Source: Candidatus Undinarchaeota archaeon
GTDB lineage: Archaea > SpSt-1190 > DYHY01 > CAZGQF01
Direction of reading: 5' to 3'
DNA: 64,000 nt
NCBI GenBank assembly: GCA_964527545.1
Contig: CAZGQF010000001.1
Span: 148,019 to 212,018 of the forward strand
The number at the start of each line of letters is the position of its first letter. The first letter of the stretch is position 1. The notes under the pieces were generated by a model, which had not been told where the DNA came from, did not search any database, and was given only the letters and a program-made list of their open reading frames with translations. This document shows positions 1-9,949 of this stretch, in pieces. Position numbers and translations under genes: made by a program.

Positions 1-37
1 AAACGAACGCAAGCAAGGAGACGCACAAGGAGGTTGA

Positions 38-658
38 ATGATGAAGAGAAGGGCACAGGAGGCGGCGCAGGGGGTGCTTGACCTCTTGGCCGGGAAAGAG
101 AGAAGGGGCCTAGCCGCCTCCATAATGCTGATGAAGATAGTCGCAGTGGTCACTTTCGTCACACTGCTAATGACAATCTTCAGTATAAGGGCCAACCTCC
201 ACATAGAAGAGGCGGCACTGACCGATCCCTCCCTCCCCCTCCTGCAGGCCATCTCTTACTCTTCCGTTGACTTGTCAGACGAGTGCGTGGGCGTCAACAC
301 TGCAGGTGCCATGAGCGCCTCGGGCTGCCCCCCTCAGAGGGTTTACTATCTGCTAACACTCGCTGCTGCGGCTTCACAAGAAGAGGTCGAAGTATGCGGC
401 GGGACCTGCAATGTTAAGGAGATAGTTGGGAACAGGTTAAAATTCTACAAGACGGACTTAAAAGAAGAGTTCGGCTTCTCCCTGAAGAACGCCACTCGCG
501 AGGTGGTCTTTGAGACCGGCAATACGCCTGAAGTGGTTAGCGCGAGCGGCAAGACCATCACTGAAGTCAAGGCGAAAGAGTACCTGATACCCCTCCCCCT
601 AGTAAACAACTCTGCATCGTCGGCTTACGCCCTTTTGACAGAGGTGACCACCAAATGA
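38..658 (+). CDS. hypothetical membrane-anchored/secreted protein
   Basis: ORF with N-terminal hydrophobic segment (IVAVVTFVTLLMTIFSI). Overlaps next gene start (ATGA at 655). No recognisable domain. Confidence 0.35.
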   Translation: MMKRRAQEAAQGVLDLLAGKERRGLAASIMLMKIVAVVTFVTLLMTIFSIRANLHIEEAALTDPSLPLLQAISYSSVDLSDECVGVNTAGAMSASGCPPQRVYYLLTLAAAASQEEVEVCGGTCNVKEIVGNRLKFYKTDLKEEFGFSLKNATREVVFETGNTPEVVSASGKTITEVKAKEYLIPLPLVNNSASSAYALLTEVTTK

Positions 659-1638
659 AAGGCGTCTATCAGTATGTCGCGGCCGCTGTCATCGGCGCCG
701 CCTTGGCGACGGCGGCGGTGATCTCCCTCGCCACAGTGGCCCAGTTCGACCAGTACATCAACACTTTCGATGCGGAGAGGGAGCTGATCTTGGCGATGCA
801 CGTTGCAGAGGAGGTGAGACTCTTCGCGGAATCCGCCATGAACTATGCACTGAGGGGTGCCATCCCCATCGCGCTAGAGGGGGGCGGCCACCCCGGGCCC
901 TTGGAGTACAAAGGCGTTCCCACACTGGACAGGACAAGGTATTGGGGATGGTGCGAAAGCAGGAAGTCAGCTCCCATCGACTGCAGCATCGGCTGCGACT
1001 ACACCACTTTCGAGGACCTCAACGTTGACGAAGAGGAGATGCTCTCCAACGGGACAGGTCTCGCTTTGGAGGGGATTTTGGAGGACTACGCCCAGAGCTT
1101 CATGCAGAGGCAGACCTACGGGACTGTAATCAAGCCGAATGAGAGTTCCGTGGTGATCGACGGGGACGACGCCAGCTTCGAGACCTGGGTCAACGTAGTC
1201 GTCTTCACAGTCGCCCAGGGCAAGGAGACGCCCACCTCACGGGGACTCGTAAACTCGACAGACCTCTTCGAAACGTCGTTCCGGGCGGATGGACTGACCA
1301 GCCTGATCTCGGAGGGGAAGAACAGCAGGGACAGCCTGAGAAACTCAATAAGTGATGTGGCGGCAGACATAGACAGCATAAAAGACACGGACGACTGGGT
1401 AGAGGAGTTCAAGGAGAGGATAGTGGACCCAGGACAGAAAGGCTACTATCCCGGCGGCTACGACATGGAAGTCGACGTGCTGGAGTTCGAGAACGCCACA
1501 GACTGCGAGGACGTCACCATAAAAGTTAGGCTCTCCACGCAGTCTTCAGACTACAAGATCTACACGCCGGACGGAAGGCTGGCAAGCGTGCCCCTAAACC
1601 TCACTTTCCTTGTGCAGAACCGCTATGTCAGGCCATAA
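655..1638 (+). CDS. hypothetical secreted protein with class III-like N-terminus (MKG/VYQYVAAAVIGAALA)
   Basis: Start overlaps the upstream stop. Short charged N-terminus ending in KG, then about 25 hydrophobic residues, as in archaeal prepilins. Remainder unrecognised. Confidence 0.4.
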   Translation: MKGVYQYVAAAVIGAALATAAVISLATVAQFDQYINTFDAERELILAMHVAEEVRLFAESAMNYALRGAIPIALEGGGHPGPLEYKGVPTLDRTRYWGWCESRKSAPIDCSIGCDYTTFEDLNVDEEEMLSNGTGLALEGILEDYAQSFMQRQTYGTVIKPNESSVVIDGDDASFETWVNVVVFTVAQGKETPTSRGLVNSTDLFETSFRADGLTSLISEGKNSRDSLRNSISDVAADIDSIKDTDDWVEEFKERIVDPGQKGYYPGGYDMEVDVLEFENATDCEDVTIKVRLSTQSSDYKIYTPDGRLASVPLNLTFLVQNRYVRP

Positions 1639-1669
1639 GCCATAAGAGGGGGTTAGGTGGAGTGAAATT

Positions 1670-3568
1670 ATGAGGCGGGGACTGATAGGGCTCCAGACCA
1701 TCATCTTGCTCTTGAGCCTCGTCTCCATGGTAGCCTTCCTGACCATGAGGGACGAGCTGAGGGGCATTGTCTACCAGCTGCCGAGGGTGGCCTCCAGCTA
1801 CCGTCCCAAGTTGCAGAGGATCTGCGAGGAGGGGCAGGACGAAGAATACGTTACCCTGCCAGCGCCGCCGCCAGGCGTCGTCATACTGATGGACAACTGC
1901 GACTCCATCAACAAGAAGTCCATAACGCGCACCAGCATCAAAGTCGCCTACACCGTGGCCGCCATCCTTGATGTTAGGAATAGCATAAAGAATCTTGGAG
2001 TTGTCAAAGAAGCGGCAACTGGCCTCACACTGTGGCAAAGCGTAGAGGGCATCAGGAGGGTTGCTACTGTAGTGAGAACAGTCTGGCCGGTTGCGGTGCC
2101 CATCACGCGAGGTGTGGTCTGGTCGATAGCGATGCAGTTCGACCCAAATCCAGACGAGATACTTTCGCAATACGAGGCGGCGGTGGAGGACACCAGCCTC
2201 GTCTTCGCGAGGATCTTGAATGAGGGTAGCTCAGTCATAAGGGTCCCAGTCGGCGTGGATGAGACAATAATCGTCTCCTCCTACACCTCAAGCGCGGCAG
2301 ACTTGGAAGATGACACTGCAGTCCTGGCTGCAGGAAAGGCCCAGAGCTCCATGCTCGCCAACTACAAAACGCTGAACAGCCTCCTGACCACACTCTTCCT
2401 CTCTTTCAACGACAAGCCCTATGCCGACGCCCACTTCGTCGAGCTCGGGAGCATGAGTCACACCTTCGTGGAGATAGACGGAGAAGTCACTCTCAGACCA
2501 GACCACGCAAAGCGGCTCTTCAACGACTTCGCCAGGAACGCCAAGGACATATGTGACGAGTCTGTGTCGGAGGCAGACAGAGACCATCCTGAATATCAGA
2601 CGCTCTTCTCGAGATGCCAGACGCTGGAGGACGCGCTAGACGACAGAACGCTTCTCCTCAAAGACCAGGACATAGTCCTCGCCGCAGACAACCTCGACCC
2701 CTGGAAAAACGTGACCGCATACATCTCTGACGTCGTCCCCTTAATGGAAGAAGCCTGCGAGGCGCAGAAGACCGTTCTTGGCGAGGGGTGGGATGAGAGC
2801 TCCAGAAAGAACCTCTGCAACTATGAAAGCTTCGTCAGCTCCAAAGTCAGGTCGATCCAGAGCGAACTGGCAGACGCAAGCGATAACTTGAGAACTATGA
2901 AGGCGGCGAGGGGGTCTGTAAAGAGCGTCCTGAACAAGGACTTCGTGACAAAGAAGGACGAAGCATCCACTCAAGGTGTGGATGTGGAGGCAGTCAACGT
3001 CACACAGGGGATAGTGGAAGGCCGATGTGTGGGGACGGAGATCGACCTGCACGACGACGACGGAAACGTACTCACCAACCTAAGAATTCCCTTCTGCGCA
3101 TTCCAGATCAGTTGCCAGGAGGACGACCTCACCACTATGGGCTACGAGGAGAGTTGCATGGCACAGCTGATCAACATAAAAGACGAGAAATACCCATTGG
3201 GCGGGGACTTGGTATCCATAGATGCAATGCCTGCCGACAAGCTCGATCTCTCAACAGCCCAAATTCTTGGCGGCTATTTCGGGAGGATAGCGACAGGATT
3301 CGCAAGGGGGTTTGAGAGCGCATTCGCCGGCTTTTCGGCAATACCACTGTACGGCCAGAACTGCGGCGGGGGAGGGGACGCAAAAAAGAAGCTGGTCTTC
3401 TGCCTTGAAGCAGAGGAAGGATGTTTGGCAGCTGACGTTAACTGCAGGTTCTGCTACACTTTCAGCTGCAACGTGCCCGTCTATACCACTCCACAGCCGA
3501 GGTTTGGTATCTCCATGCAGCACACTGGAGACGAGCTGCTCGTGAAGGGCAACTTCCTGCCTATGTAG
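1670..3568 (+). CDS. hypothetical large extracellular protein, N-terminal anchor (MRRG/LIGLQTIILLL), Cys-rich C-terminus
   Basis: 632-aa ORF. N-terminal RRG followed by a hydrophobic helix. C-terminal cluster of Cys (CGGGG..CLEAEEGC..CRFCYTFSC). Confidence 0.4.
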   Translation: MRRGLIGLQTIILLLSLVSMVAFLTMRDELRGIVYQLPRVASSYRPKLQRICEEGQDEEYVTLPAPPPGVVILMDNCDSINKKSITRTSIKVAYTVAAILDVRNSIKNLGVVKEAATGLTLWQSVEGIRRVATVVRTVWPVAVPITRGVVWSIAMQFDPNPDEILSQYEAAVEDTSLVFARILNEGSSVIRVPVGVDETIIVSSYTSSAADLEDDTAVLAAGKAQSSMLANYKTLNSLLTTLFLSFNDKPYADAHFVELGSMSHTFVEIDGEVTLRPDHAKRLFNDFARNAKDICDESVSEADRDHPEYQTLFSRCQTLEDALDDRTLLLKDQDIVLAADNLDPWKNVTAYISDVVPLMEEACEAQKTVLGEGWDESSRKNLCNYESFVSSKVRSIQSELADASDNLRTMKAARGSVKSVLNKDFVTKKDEASTQGVDVEAVNVTQGIVEGRCVGTEIDLHDDDGNVLTNLRIPFCAFQISCQEDDLTTMGYEESCMAQLINIKDEKYPLGGDLVSIDAMPADKLDLSTAQILGGYFGRIATGFARGFESAFAGFSAIPLYGQNCGGGGDAKKKLVFCLEAEEGCLAADVNCRFCYTFSCNVPVYTTPQPRFGISMQHTGDELLVKGNFLPM

Positions 3569-3574
3569 GCCTGA

Positions 3575-4567
3575 CTACTCTTCTTCCTCTTTCTCTTTCT
3601 TCTTCTCTTCGCCCTCCATCATCTCGCCCGCCTTCTTGAGGGCCATGGGGTAGAGGGCGCCGCCCATCTTCTCAGAGTGGTGGGTTGACGAGGAAGAGAG
3701 GTTCTCTGCCAGCTTGGCGAACTCCATGGGGAAGAAGACCTTGCTTCCCTTGCCCTCGGAGATTTTCGGGAGCGCCTCCTTCACGTAGAGGTAGCCGAGC
3801 GCCCTCTCGTCCAGCTTGCGGGTCGCGTCGGCGAGGGCCTCTATCACTGTCTTCTGGGCCCTGGCCTCGTACTGGGCAGTGGCCCAGTCCTCCTTGGCCT
3901 TCCTTCGGCGGTGCATCGCCTCCTGGATGGTCTCGGGCACAGAGATGTTGGTTATGGCCACATCGATTATGTCGATCCCCCACTCGTGGGTGAGCGGCTC
4001 TATCTTGACCTTCACTATGTCGTTTATTTTCTCTATCTCGGCGTAGAGCTCGTTGAGAGTGAGGTCGCTCGCTATGTCGCGCAGGGCCGCGTAGACGTAG
4101 CCGCTGACTGTCTCCTCGAACTCGCGGACTTTGAGTATCGCCTTTGCTGGGTCGAGTATTTGGTAGTAGACGATTGAGTCGATTGTGGTCCTTATCTCGT
4201 CGCTTGTGATGATGGGCTGTGGCGGCAGGTCGAACGACTGGACGCGCAGGTCGACCACCCTCATGTTCTCGAGGAGTGGGACGAGAAATACCCAGCCGGG
4301 GCCGGCGATCCGGTGGAAGTGGCCCATGCGGAAGACGACCGCCCTCTCGTACTCGTTGATCTCCCTGATGAGGGAGGACTGGCGGAGGACCTGTATGACC
4401 AAAACGACCGCTGCGACCGTGAGGAGGGCGTATGTCGCCTTCTTCATCACGGGGACGAAGTAGGCGACGACGGCGAACATGATGAGCAGCATGAAGATTG
4501 TCTCTATGCGTGCCTGCATGAACGAGCGGACGACCTGGAATTGGGATTTAGCCATACACGCCTTCAC
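3575..4567 (-). CDS. SPFH/band-7 (stomatin/prohibitin-like) membrane protein
   Basis: N-terminal TM followed by an SPFH-like core (VVFRMGHFHRIAGPGWVFLVP...ITSDEIRTTIDSIVYYQILDP...). K/E-rich C-terminal tail. Confidence 0.75.
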   Translation of the reverse strand: MKACMAKSQFQVVRSFMQARIETIFMLLIMFAVVAYFVPVMKKATYALLTVAAVVLVIQVLRQSSLIREINEYERAVVFRMGHFHRIAGPGWVFLVPLLENMRVVDLRVQSFDLPPQPIITSDEIRTTIDSIVYYQILDPAKAILKVREFEETVSGYVYAALRDIASDLTLNELYAEIEKINDIVKVKIEPLTHEWGIDIIDVAITNISVPETIQEAMHRRRKAKEDWATAQYEARAQKTVIEALADATRKLDERALGYLYVKEALPKISEGKGSKVFFPMEFAKLAENLSSSSTHHSEKMGGALYPMALKKAGEMMEGEEKKKEKEEEE

Positions 4568-4659
4568 CCCCTGCCGAGGATATATGTTTAGCGCCTCCCC
4601 GGCAGTCCCTCAAGACCACCATGGAGTAGTTACACAAGGACTGCTTATAAAGGCTACCC

Positions 4660-5256
4660 TCACGACATCTTGTTGATGGAGAAGAAGTGGCCGAAGAAGT
4701 GGAAGTAGACCTTCTCCCTGTCGAACTTGTGGAGGACGATCTTTCTCTCGTTCCTGTACATCGTGTCGCCGAAGAACTTCTTTACCACGGAGTCCATCAA
4801 GTCGCGGATCCTCGTAGCCCTCGACTCAGTGGGGTCGTAGATGCAGGAGCTGGCGATGACGTCCTTGGCCATCATGAAGTTGAGGAGGTACTTGTCCATC
4901 GCCTCCTTGAAAGGCCCCCAGACCTCCGCCTCGAATGCGTTGTCGCTGTGCTTTTTCTGGTTGTGGACAAAAGTGACGGCGAACTTGTCGACGTAGACGC
5001 GGACCTTGAAGTGTGGCGAGATCATCAGCTGCTTCAAAAGCTTCTCGTCCAGTGCCTTTGGGCTCTCCCTTATCTCAGTCCCTCCCTGCGTCTCGTAGCC
5101 GACCTCCATCGGCTTGGTGGACGCGAGGTTGATGGAGCGCTTGCTGCCGGTGTAGAAGATGGAGGTGAGGCGGTTGATGATGGCGAGGATCTGCTGCTTG
5201 GCCTGCGGGCCGGTTATGGTGGTCCCGTAGGTCATCCTGTAGATCAGCTCGCCCAT
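4660..5256 (-). CDS. hypothetical protein
   Basis: 198-aa ORF with lower-GC codon usage consistent with coding. No recognisable motif. Confidence 0.35.
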   Translation of the reverse strand: MGELIYRMTYGTTITGPQAKQQILAIINRLTSIFYTGSKRSINLASTKPMEVGYETQGGTEIRESPKALDEKLLKQLMISPHFKVRVYVDKFAVTFVHNQKKHSDNAFEAEVWGPFKEAMDKYLLNFMMAKDVIASSCIYDPTESRATRIRDLMDSVVKKFFGDTMYRNERKIVLHKFDREKVYFHFFGHFFSINKMS

Positions 5257-5286
5257 AGCTTCTCTCGGCAGTGAAGCTATTTAAAA

Positions 5287-6294
5287 TTGGCGTCCAGCCG
5301 GAGGGGGATGGGCGAGGGTTGCGGACTTGACGAGGACGCGGAGAGGCTCTCGGCCTGTTCCGGCGAACTCTCTCTCGGCTGCAAGCTCTGCGCCCAGGGC
5401 GCGAAGATGGTCCTCTTCGTGACTGGCGTCTGCGGGAAAGGCTGCTTCTACTGCCCAGTCTCCTTCGCGAGGAGGGGGGACCAGCCCTTCGCGAACGAGA
5501 GGCCAGTGAAGAGCGTGGAGGAGGTCTTGGAGGAGGCGGAGAGGACGGGGGCGAAAGGCGCGGGGGTGACTGGAGGCAACCCCCTCGCAAGGCTGGAGAG
5601 GACATGCCTCTACGTCTCAAGGCTGAAGGAGGCTTTCGGCCAGGGGTTCCACATCCACGTCTATCTCCCGGAGGCGGACGAGAGGGAGCTGCTCGCCCTC
5701 GACAAGGCAGGCGTCGACGAGGTGAGGTTCCACTGGGGAGACCCGGGGAAGGCGGCAGAGTTCGCGTGGGATGTGGGGGGCGAGGTGCCTGTGGTCCCAG
5801 GCTGGAAAGAGAGGACAAAGAAGTTCCTGGATTTGCTGGAGAAGAGGGAGGCGACTTTCTGCAACCTCAACGAGCTCGACATCTCCGAGAGCAACGCGGC
5901 GGAGCTGGGCAGGCGCGGCCTGACGCGGAGGGAAGCGAGGAGCTTCGGCGTGGGGGGTAGCGAAGAGCTGGCCATGGAGATCCTGAAGAAAAAGAGGGCG
6001 CTCTCCATCCACTACTGCTCCAGCGCCTTCAAGGACGCCATCCAGCTGAGGAGGAGGTTCATCAGGACTGCCGCCAGGGTGGCGGAGGGCTTCGAGGAGG
6101 TGACAGACGACGGGACTGTGGTCTCCGGGGTCTTGGAAGGCAAGGTCGATCTTGAGGAGCCCCACTATTTTTGGGAGGGCGAGACCTTCTGCGCCCCGGA
6201 GGTTGCGAGGAGGATGGCTAGGGAGAGAAGAGCGAAGATTGTCGAGTGGGTGCCGACGTGGGACAGGGAAGTGAGGGAAGTCACTCCCCTTTAG
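5287..6294 (+). CDS. radical SAM domain protein
   Basis: CGKGCFYC (CxxxCxxC) cluster near the N-terminus. Extra N-terminal cysteines (CKLC). Glycine-rich SAM motif (GVTGGNP). Confidence 0.6.
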   Translation: MASSRRGMGEGCGLDEDAERLSACSGELSLGCKLCAQGAKMVLFVTGVCGKGCFYCPVSFARRGDQPFANERPVKSVEEVLEEAERTGAKGAGVTGGNPLARLERTCLYVSRLKEAFGQGFHIHVYLPEADERELLALDKAGVDEVRFHWGDPGKAAEFAWDVGGEVPVVPGWKERTKKFLDLLEKREATFCNLNELDISESNAAELGRRGLTRREARSFGVGGSEELAMEILKKKRALSIHYCSSAFKDAIQLRRRFIRTAARVAEGFEEVTDDGTVVSGVLEGKVDLEEPHYFWEGETFCAPEVARRMARERRAKIVEWVPTWDREVREVTPL

Positions 6295-7066
6295 GCGGCA
6301 GGATCCCCTTCTCCACTGCGCTCTCCGGATGGTACCTCGGAACTCCGAGAGCGTCGAAGACTGGGAAGGCGGTCTCGTAGAAGACCACTCCTTCCCAGAG
6401 AGTCAGGTCGTCCAGCTCCCTCACCAGGAAGAGGACCGCTATGGTGGCCAGTGAGAGCGTGAGGGAGAAGAGAGAGCCAGCGAGGCCCGGCTCCCTCAGC
6501 ATGATGAGGAGGACCACGATGAAGAGGCCGAGGAAGTCAATTATGGCCCTAAGGTGGGAGATCATCCCGCTCTTCGCGAAGACGAAGACTTTCATCCTCT
6601 GCGTGGTGAGGCTGTCGACGTTCTGGTAGATCTCCGCCATCAGGCGGTTGCGCACTACGCTGTCGCCTTCCGGCTCAAGTCCAAAAACAGAGTCGACAAG
6701 GCTGTTGAACTCCCCCTCGCTGGCCATGTTGTCCTTGATTGGCGTGGAGAGGACCTTCTTCAGGTAGTTCTCCATCGCCTCCTTGAAAGGCTCCACGCTC
6801 TTCTTCTTGCACTTGTTGGAGAAGAGAAGGAGATGGCGCAGAGTTGCCATCTCAGCTATGATTGCGTTTCTTATCTCGTCGTACCTCTGCCAGAGTATTG
6901 TGATGCTGAAGCCTGCGAGGACGCCGAAGAGGAAGGCGGAGACGTTGAGGAACGTCTTCAGCTCCTCGGAGGGAGGGACGGGCGCAATCAGCTTCTGGGT
7001 GGCGAGGAGGAGCAGAAAAGCGATGAAGAGACCCTTGAATGTCCACCTGCTCCTCTCGATGCGCAT
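6281..7066 (-). CDS. hypothetical polytopic membrane protein
   Basis: 261-aa ORF with several predicted TM helices. No catalytic motif recognised. Confidence 0.4.
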   Translation of the reverse strand: MRIERSRWTFKGLFIAFLLLLATQKLIAPVPPSEELKTFLNVSAFLFGVLAGFSITILWQRYDEIRNAIIAEMATLRHLLLFSNKCKKKSVEPFKEAMENYLKKVLSTPIKDNMASEGEFNSLVDSVFGLEPEGDSVVRNRLMAEIYQNVDSLTTQRMKVFVFAKSGMISHLRAIIDFLGLFIVVLLIMLREPGLAGSLFSLTLSLATIAVLFLVRELDDLTLWEGVVFYETAFPVFDALGVPRYHPESAVEKGILPPKGE

Positions 7067-7103
7067 GCCATTATTCTTCTCGGATTGATATTTAGCGGTT
7101 GGC

Positions 7104-8795
7104 CTATTCCACGGTCACCGACTTGGCCAGGTTGCGCGGCTTGTCGACGTCAATCCCCTTCGAGACGCCGACCTTGTAGGCGAGGAGCTGGAGTGGGAGG
7201 GCGTAGTGGATGGGGGCGGCCGAACCGAGGTGGTAAGGGACCTCTATGGTCGCCTCTGAGAGCTCTCGGAAACGCTCGTCGCCTTCCGGGCAGATGGAGA
7301 TTATCTTCGCTCCCCTCGCCTTGACCTCCATTACGTTGCTCATCATCTTGAAGGGCTTGAAGCCGCCTATTGCGACCACCCAGGTGCCGTCCTCGACAAG
7401 GGCGAGGGGGCCGTGCTTCAGCTCGCCGCCTGCGAAGCCCTCTGCGTGGATGTAGCCTATCTCCTTCAGCTTGAGAGCCCCTTCCAGGGAGAGGCCGTAT
7501 CCCTGCTCCCTGCCGATGAAGAAGAGGTGGTCAGCGTCCCTGACCATCTCGGCCGCTTTCTCAGTCTGGGACTCCACATTTGCGACGAACTCCTCGAACT
7601 GTTTCTCGTCGATGGAGAGGCCGCGGGTAAGTGCGGTGAGCGCCGCGACCTGGGCGGTGAACGTCTTGGTAGAGGCGACGCCTATCTCAGGGCCGCACCT
7701 CGTGTAGATCACCTCGTCCGCCAGGCGGGCGAGGGAGGAGCCGACCACGTTGGTGAGCGCTATCACGCGGGCGCCGCGGGTCTCTGCCATCTCCACTGCG
7801 GAGAGGGTGTCCGCTGTCTCGCCAGACTGGGAGATTGCCAAAACTGTCGAGTGCTCGTCGAGGAGGGAAGCGAAGGGCGAGAACTCGCTGGAGATGACGA
7901 GGCGCGCTTTGATGCCCTGTCCTGCAAGAAACGGGAGGGCGATCATGCCGGCGTGGTAGCTGGTCCCGCAGGCCAGTATGTAGAGGTCGTCGCCGAAGTC
8001 GACGGAAGGTGTGAGCCCTCGCAGAGTCTCAGAGATGGTCTTGGGCTGCTCGTGGATCTCCTTCAGCATGAAATGGTCGTAGCCTCCCTTCTCGGCCTGC
8101 TCCGCAGACCACTCTATCTTCACCGGTTCGCGGGAGACTGGAGAGCCGGAGAGGGAGAAGAGCTCTGCGCCGTCTGCTGTGACTCTCCCGATCTCGTCGT
8201 CCTCCAGGAAGAGGGCCTTGTTGGTGTGGGAAAGGAAGGCGGGGACGTCGCTGGCCAGGAAGGTCTCGTTGTCGCCTATGCCCACAACGACAGGGGAGTG
8301 GCGCCTGGCCACCACTATCTCGCCCGGGCTGCCCTCAGCGATCACGCCTATGCCGAAGGAGCCCTCCACTTTTAGGAGCGCTCGGCGGACGGCTTCGAGG
8401 AGGTCGCCCTCGTAGCTCTCGCTTATCAGGTGGGCGAGGACCTCCGTGTCGGTCTGTGAGCGGAAGTCGATCTTCAACTTGTTCTTCAGTTCCCTGTAGT
8501 TCTCGATGATGCCGTTGTGGACGACGGCGATTGTGTCCTCTGAGTTCAGGTGGGGGTGGGCGTTCGCCTTGGAGGGGCGCCCGTGGGTGGCCCACCTCGT
8601 GTGGCCGAGGCCGAGTGTGCCGGGGAGTGAAGGGTCGAGGTCAGAGACGCCGCCCCTGTCCTTCTCCACGTGGAGGCTGTCGGAGAGTGTGGCCAGGCCC
8701 GCGGAGTCGTAGCCGCGGTACTCGAGGCGGGAGAGCATCCCCAGGAGGATGGGGGCAGCCCTCTTCTTGCCGACGTAGCCAACGATTCCGCACAT
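7104..8795 (-). CDS. glmS: glutamine--fructose-6-phosphate aminotransferase (isomerising)
   Basis: N-terminal MCGIVGY (Ntn Cys1). Two SIS domains. C-terminal ...KSVTVE, typical of GlmS. Confidence 0.9.
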   Translation of the reverse strand: MCGIVGYVGKKRAAPILLGMLSRLEYRGYDSAGLATLSDSLHVEKDRGGVSDLDPSLPGTLGLGHTRWATHGRPSKANAHPHLNSEDTIAVVHNGIIENYRELKNKLKIDFRSQTDTEVLAHLISESYEGDLLEAVRRALLKVEGSFGIGVIAEGSPGEIVVARRHSPVVVGIGDNETFLASDVPAFLSHTNKALFLEDDEIGRVTADGAELFSLSGSPVSREPVKIEWSAEQAEKGGYDHFMLKEIHEQPKTISETLRGLTPSVDFGDDLYILACGTSYHAGMIALPFLAGQGIKARLVISSEFSPFASLLDEHSTVLAISQSGETADTLSAVEMAETRGARVIALTNVVGSSLARLADEVIYTRCGPEIGVASTKTFTAQVAALTALTRGLSIDEKQFEEFVANVESQTEKAAEMVRDADHLFFIGREQGYGLSLEGALKLKEIGYIHAEGFAGGELKHGPLALVEDGTWVVAIGGFKPFKMMSNVMEVKARGAKIISICPEGDERFRELSEATIEVPYHLGSAAPIHYALPLQLLAYKVGVSKGIDVDKPRNLAKSVTVE

Positions 8796-8840
8796 CCACG
8801 GAGGCCAGCGGGGACGGATAAAAGGTTTTTGAACCAGGAA

Positions 8841-9095
8841 CTACTCTATGTACTTCAGGTTTTCGCCAGGGAACTTGCCGCGCTTCTCAAGGTAGTTGAG
8901 CATCTCATCAGGCGAGGCGTTGTCCATGTTTATGCCGGGGGCGCCGACCTCCTTCTCAAAGGCGTTCATCTCTGCTTCAATGGAATTGTCACGGTATAAG
9001 CTCCTGTCGTAGATGTCGCCAATCTCATCTATCTTCCCCTCGACCTCCTCTAGTGGCCCGTAAGATCCTCCACCCACTTTCTTCCTGCTCCACAT
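8841..9095 (-). CDS. small hypothetical protein
   Basis: 84-aa ORF adjacent to 9097-9333 in an AT-richer stretch. No known motif. Confidence 0.3.
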   Translation of the reverse strand: MWSRKKVGGGSYGPLEEVEGKIDEIGDIYDRSLYRDNSIEAEMNAFEKEVGAPGINMDNASPDEMLNYLEKRGKFPGENLKYIE

Positions 9096-9096
9096 C

Positions 9097-9333
9097 TCAA
9101 TTGCCTCCGTACCTCTCCTTGAGAGCCTTGTACTGCGCAGTATGTCTCTTGGCAGCAGCTACATACTTGCCTGCCCTTTCCGGATTAGAACCTTGGATTT
9201 TCTCAGCCGCATCAAGAAGCTCGCCCGCCGAGAGCTGGTGTTTCTTCATGCTGATGATATTCATGTACTCCTTGGACGCATTATAGTCGTCAACCAGCTT
9301 CTTAGCGACGTATTTTATCCCCTGCTCAGCCAT
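9097..9333 (-). CDS. small hypothetical protein
   Basis: 78-aa ORF, K/E-rich. Tandem with 8841-9095. Confidence 0.3.
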   Translation of the reverse strand: MAEQGIKYVAKKLVDDYNASKEYMNIISMKKHQLSAGELLDAAEKIQGSNPERAGKYVAAAKRHTAQYKALKERYGGN

Positions 9334-9476
9334 TCCTCTCGCCCTTACAAAGAGTAGGCAGACAAGCCGTATAAGTGTTACTACTTATTTGTCGTTAAAT
9401 GTCGTGGGAGACGCGGAAAAGGGCTCTGCACGCCCACAGAAAGATAAATAATGGAGCTCCAAACCGGCCGCAGGCC

Positions 9477-9839
9477 CTATGCCGAAAGATCTCTTATCTT
9501 TCCCTCAATCTTTTTCATCTTCCCTATCTTTCCCTCCAAATCGGTCAGCGTCTTCATCTTCTTCGTCTCCCCTTTTATTTTGGGGGCTTGCTCCCTCAGA
9601 CTGTCTGTACTCTTAAACGCCGCCCTTAGAATATCCTCACGTTTCTCTTTGTCCTCTGTTCTGCCGGCCTTCTCGAATGCGGCGGTGGTTGAATCCACTA
9701 GATCAAAGTAGCTTTCCTTCATGCTGCCGTACGATTTCCTGGCAGAGGCAATAACGTTATCCACTTTTTGGTAAAATGGCGTACCGGCCCGGGCATCTGT
9801 CCCGTAAGAAGTTTTCTTACCCGCATATTTTGTAACCAT
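9477..9839 (-). CDS. small hypothetical K/E-rich protein
   Basis: 120-aa ORF. AT-rich TATA-like box (gattattaaa, 9871-9880) about 37 nt upstream. Confidence 0.3.
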   Translation of the reverse strand: MVTKYAGKKTSYGTDARAGTPFYQKVDNVIASARKSYGSMKESYFDLVDSTTAAFEKAGRTEDKEKREDILRAAFKSTDSLREQAPKIKGETKKMKTLTDLEGKIGKMKKIEGKIRDLSA

Positions 9840-9949
9840 TCCAACACCTCTACAAATAACAGGCGCCTTTGATTATTAAATGTTGCTACCATTTGATAAC
9901 AAATAACTGGGAATTTATAAACAACTTTAATTCCCATGGGAATAAAAAC

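Noticed and set aside
5075-5818. 247-aa Pro/Arg/Ser-rich minus-strand ORF, plus 5604-5960 and 5617-6165.
   Set aside because: It is antisense to the radical-SAM gene and the 4660 gene. Extreme low complexity points to a GC artefact.
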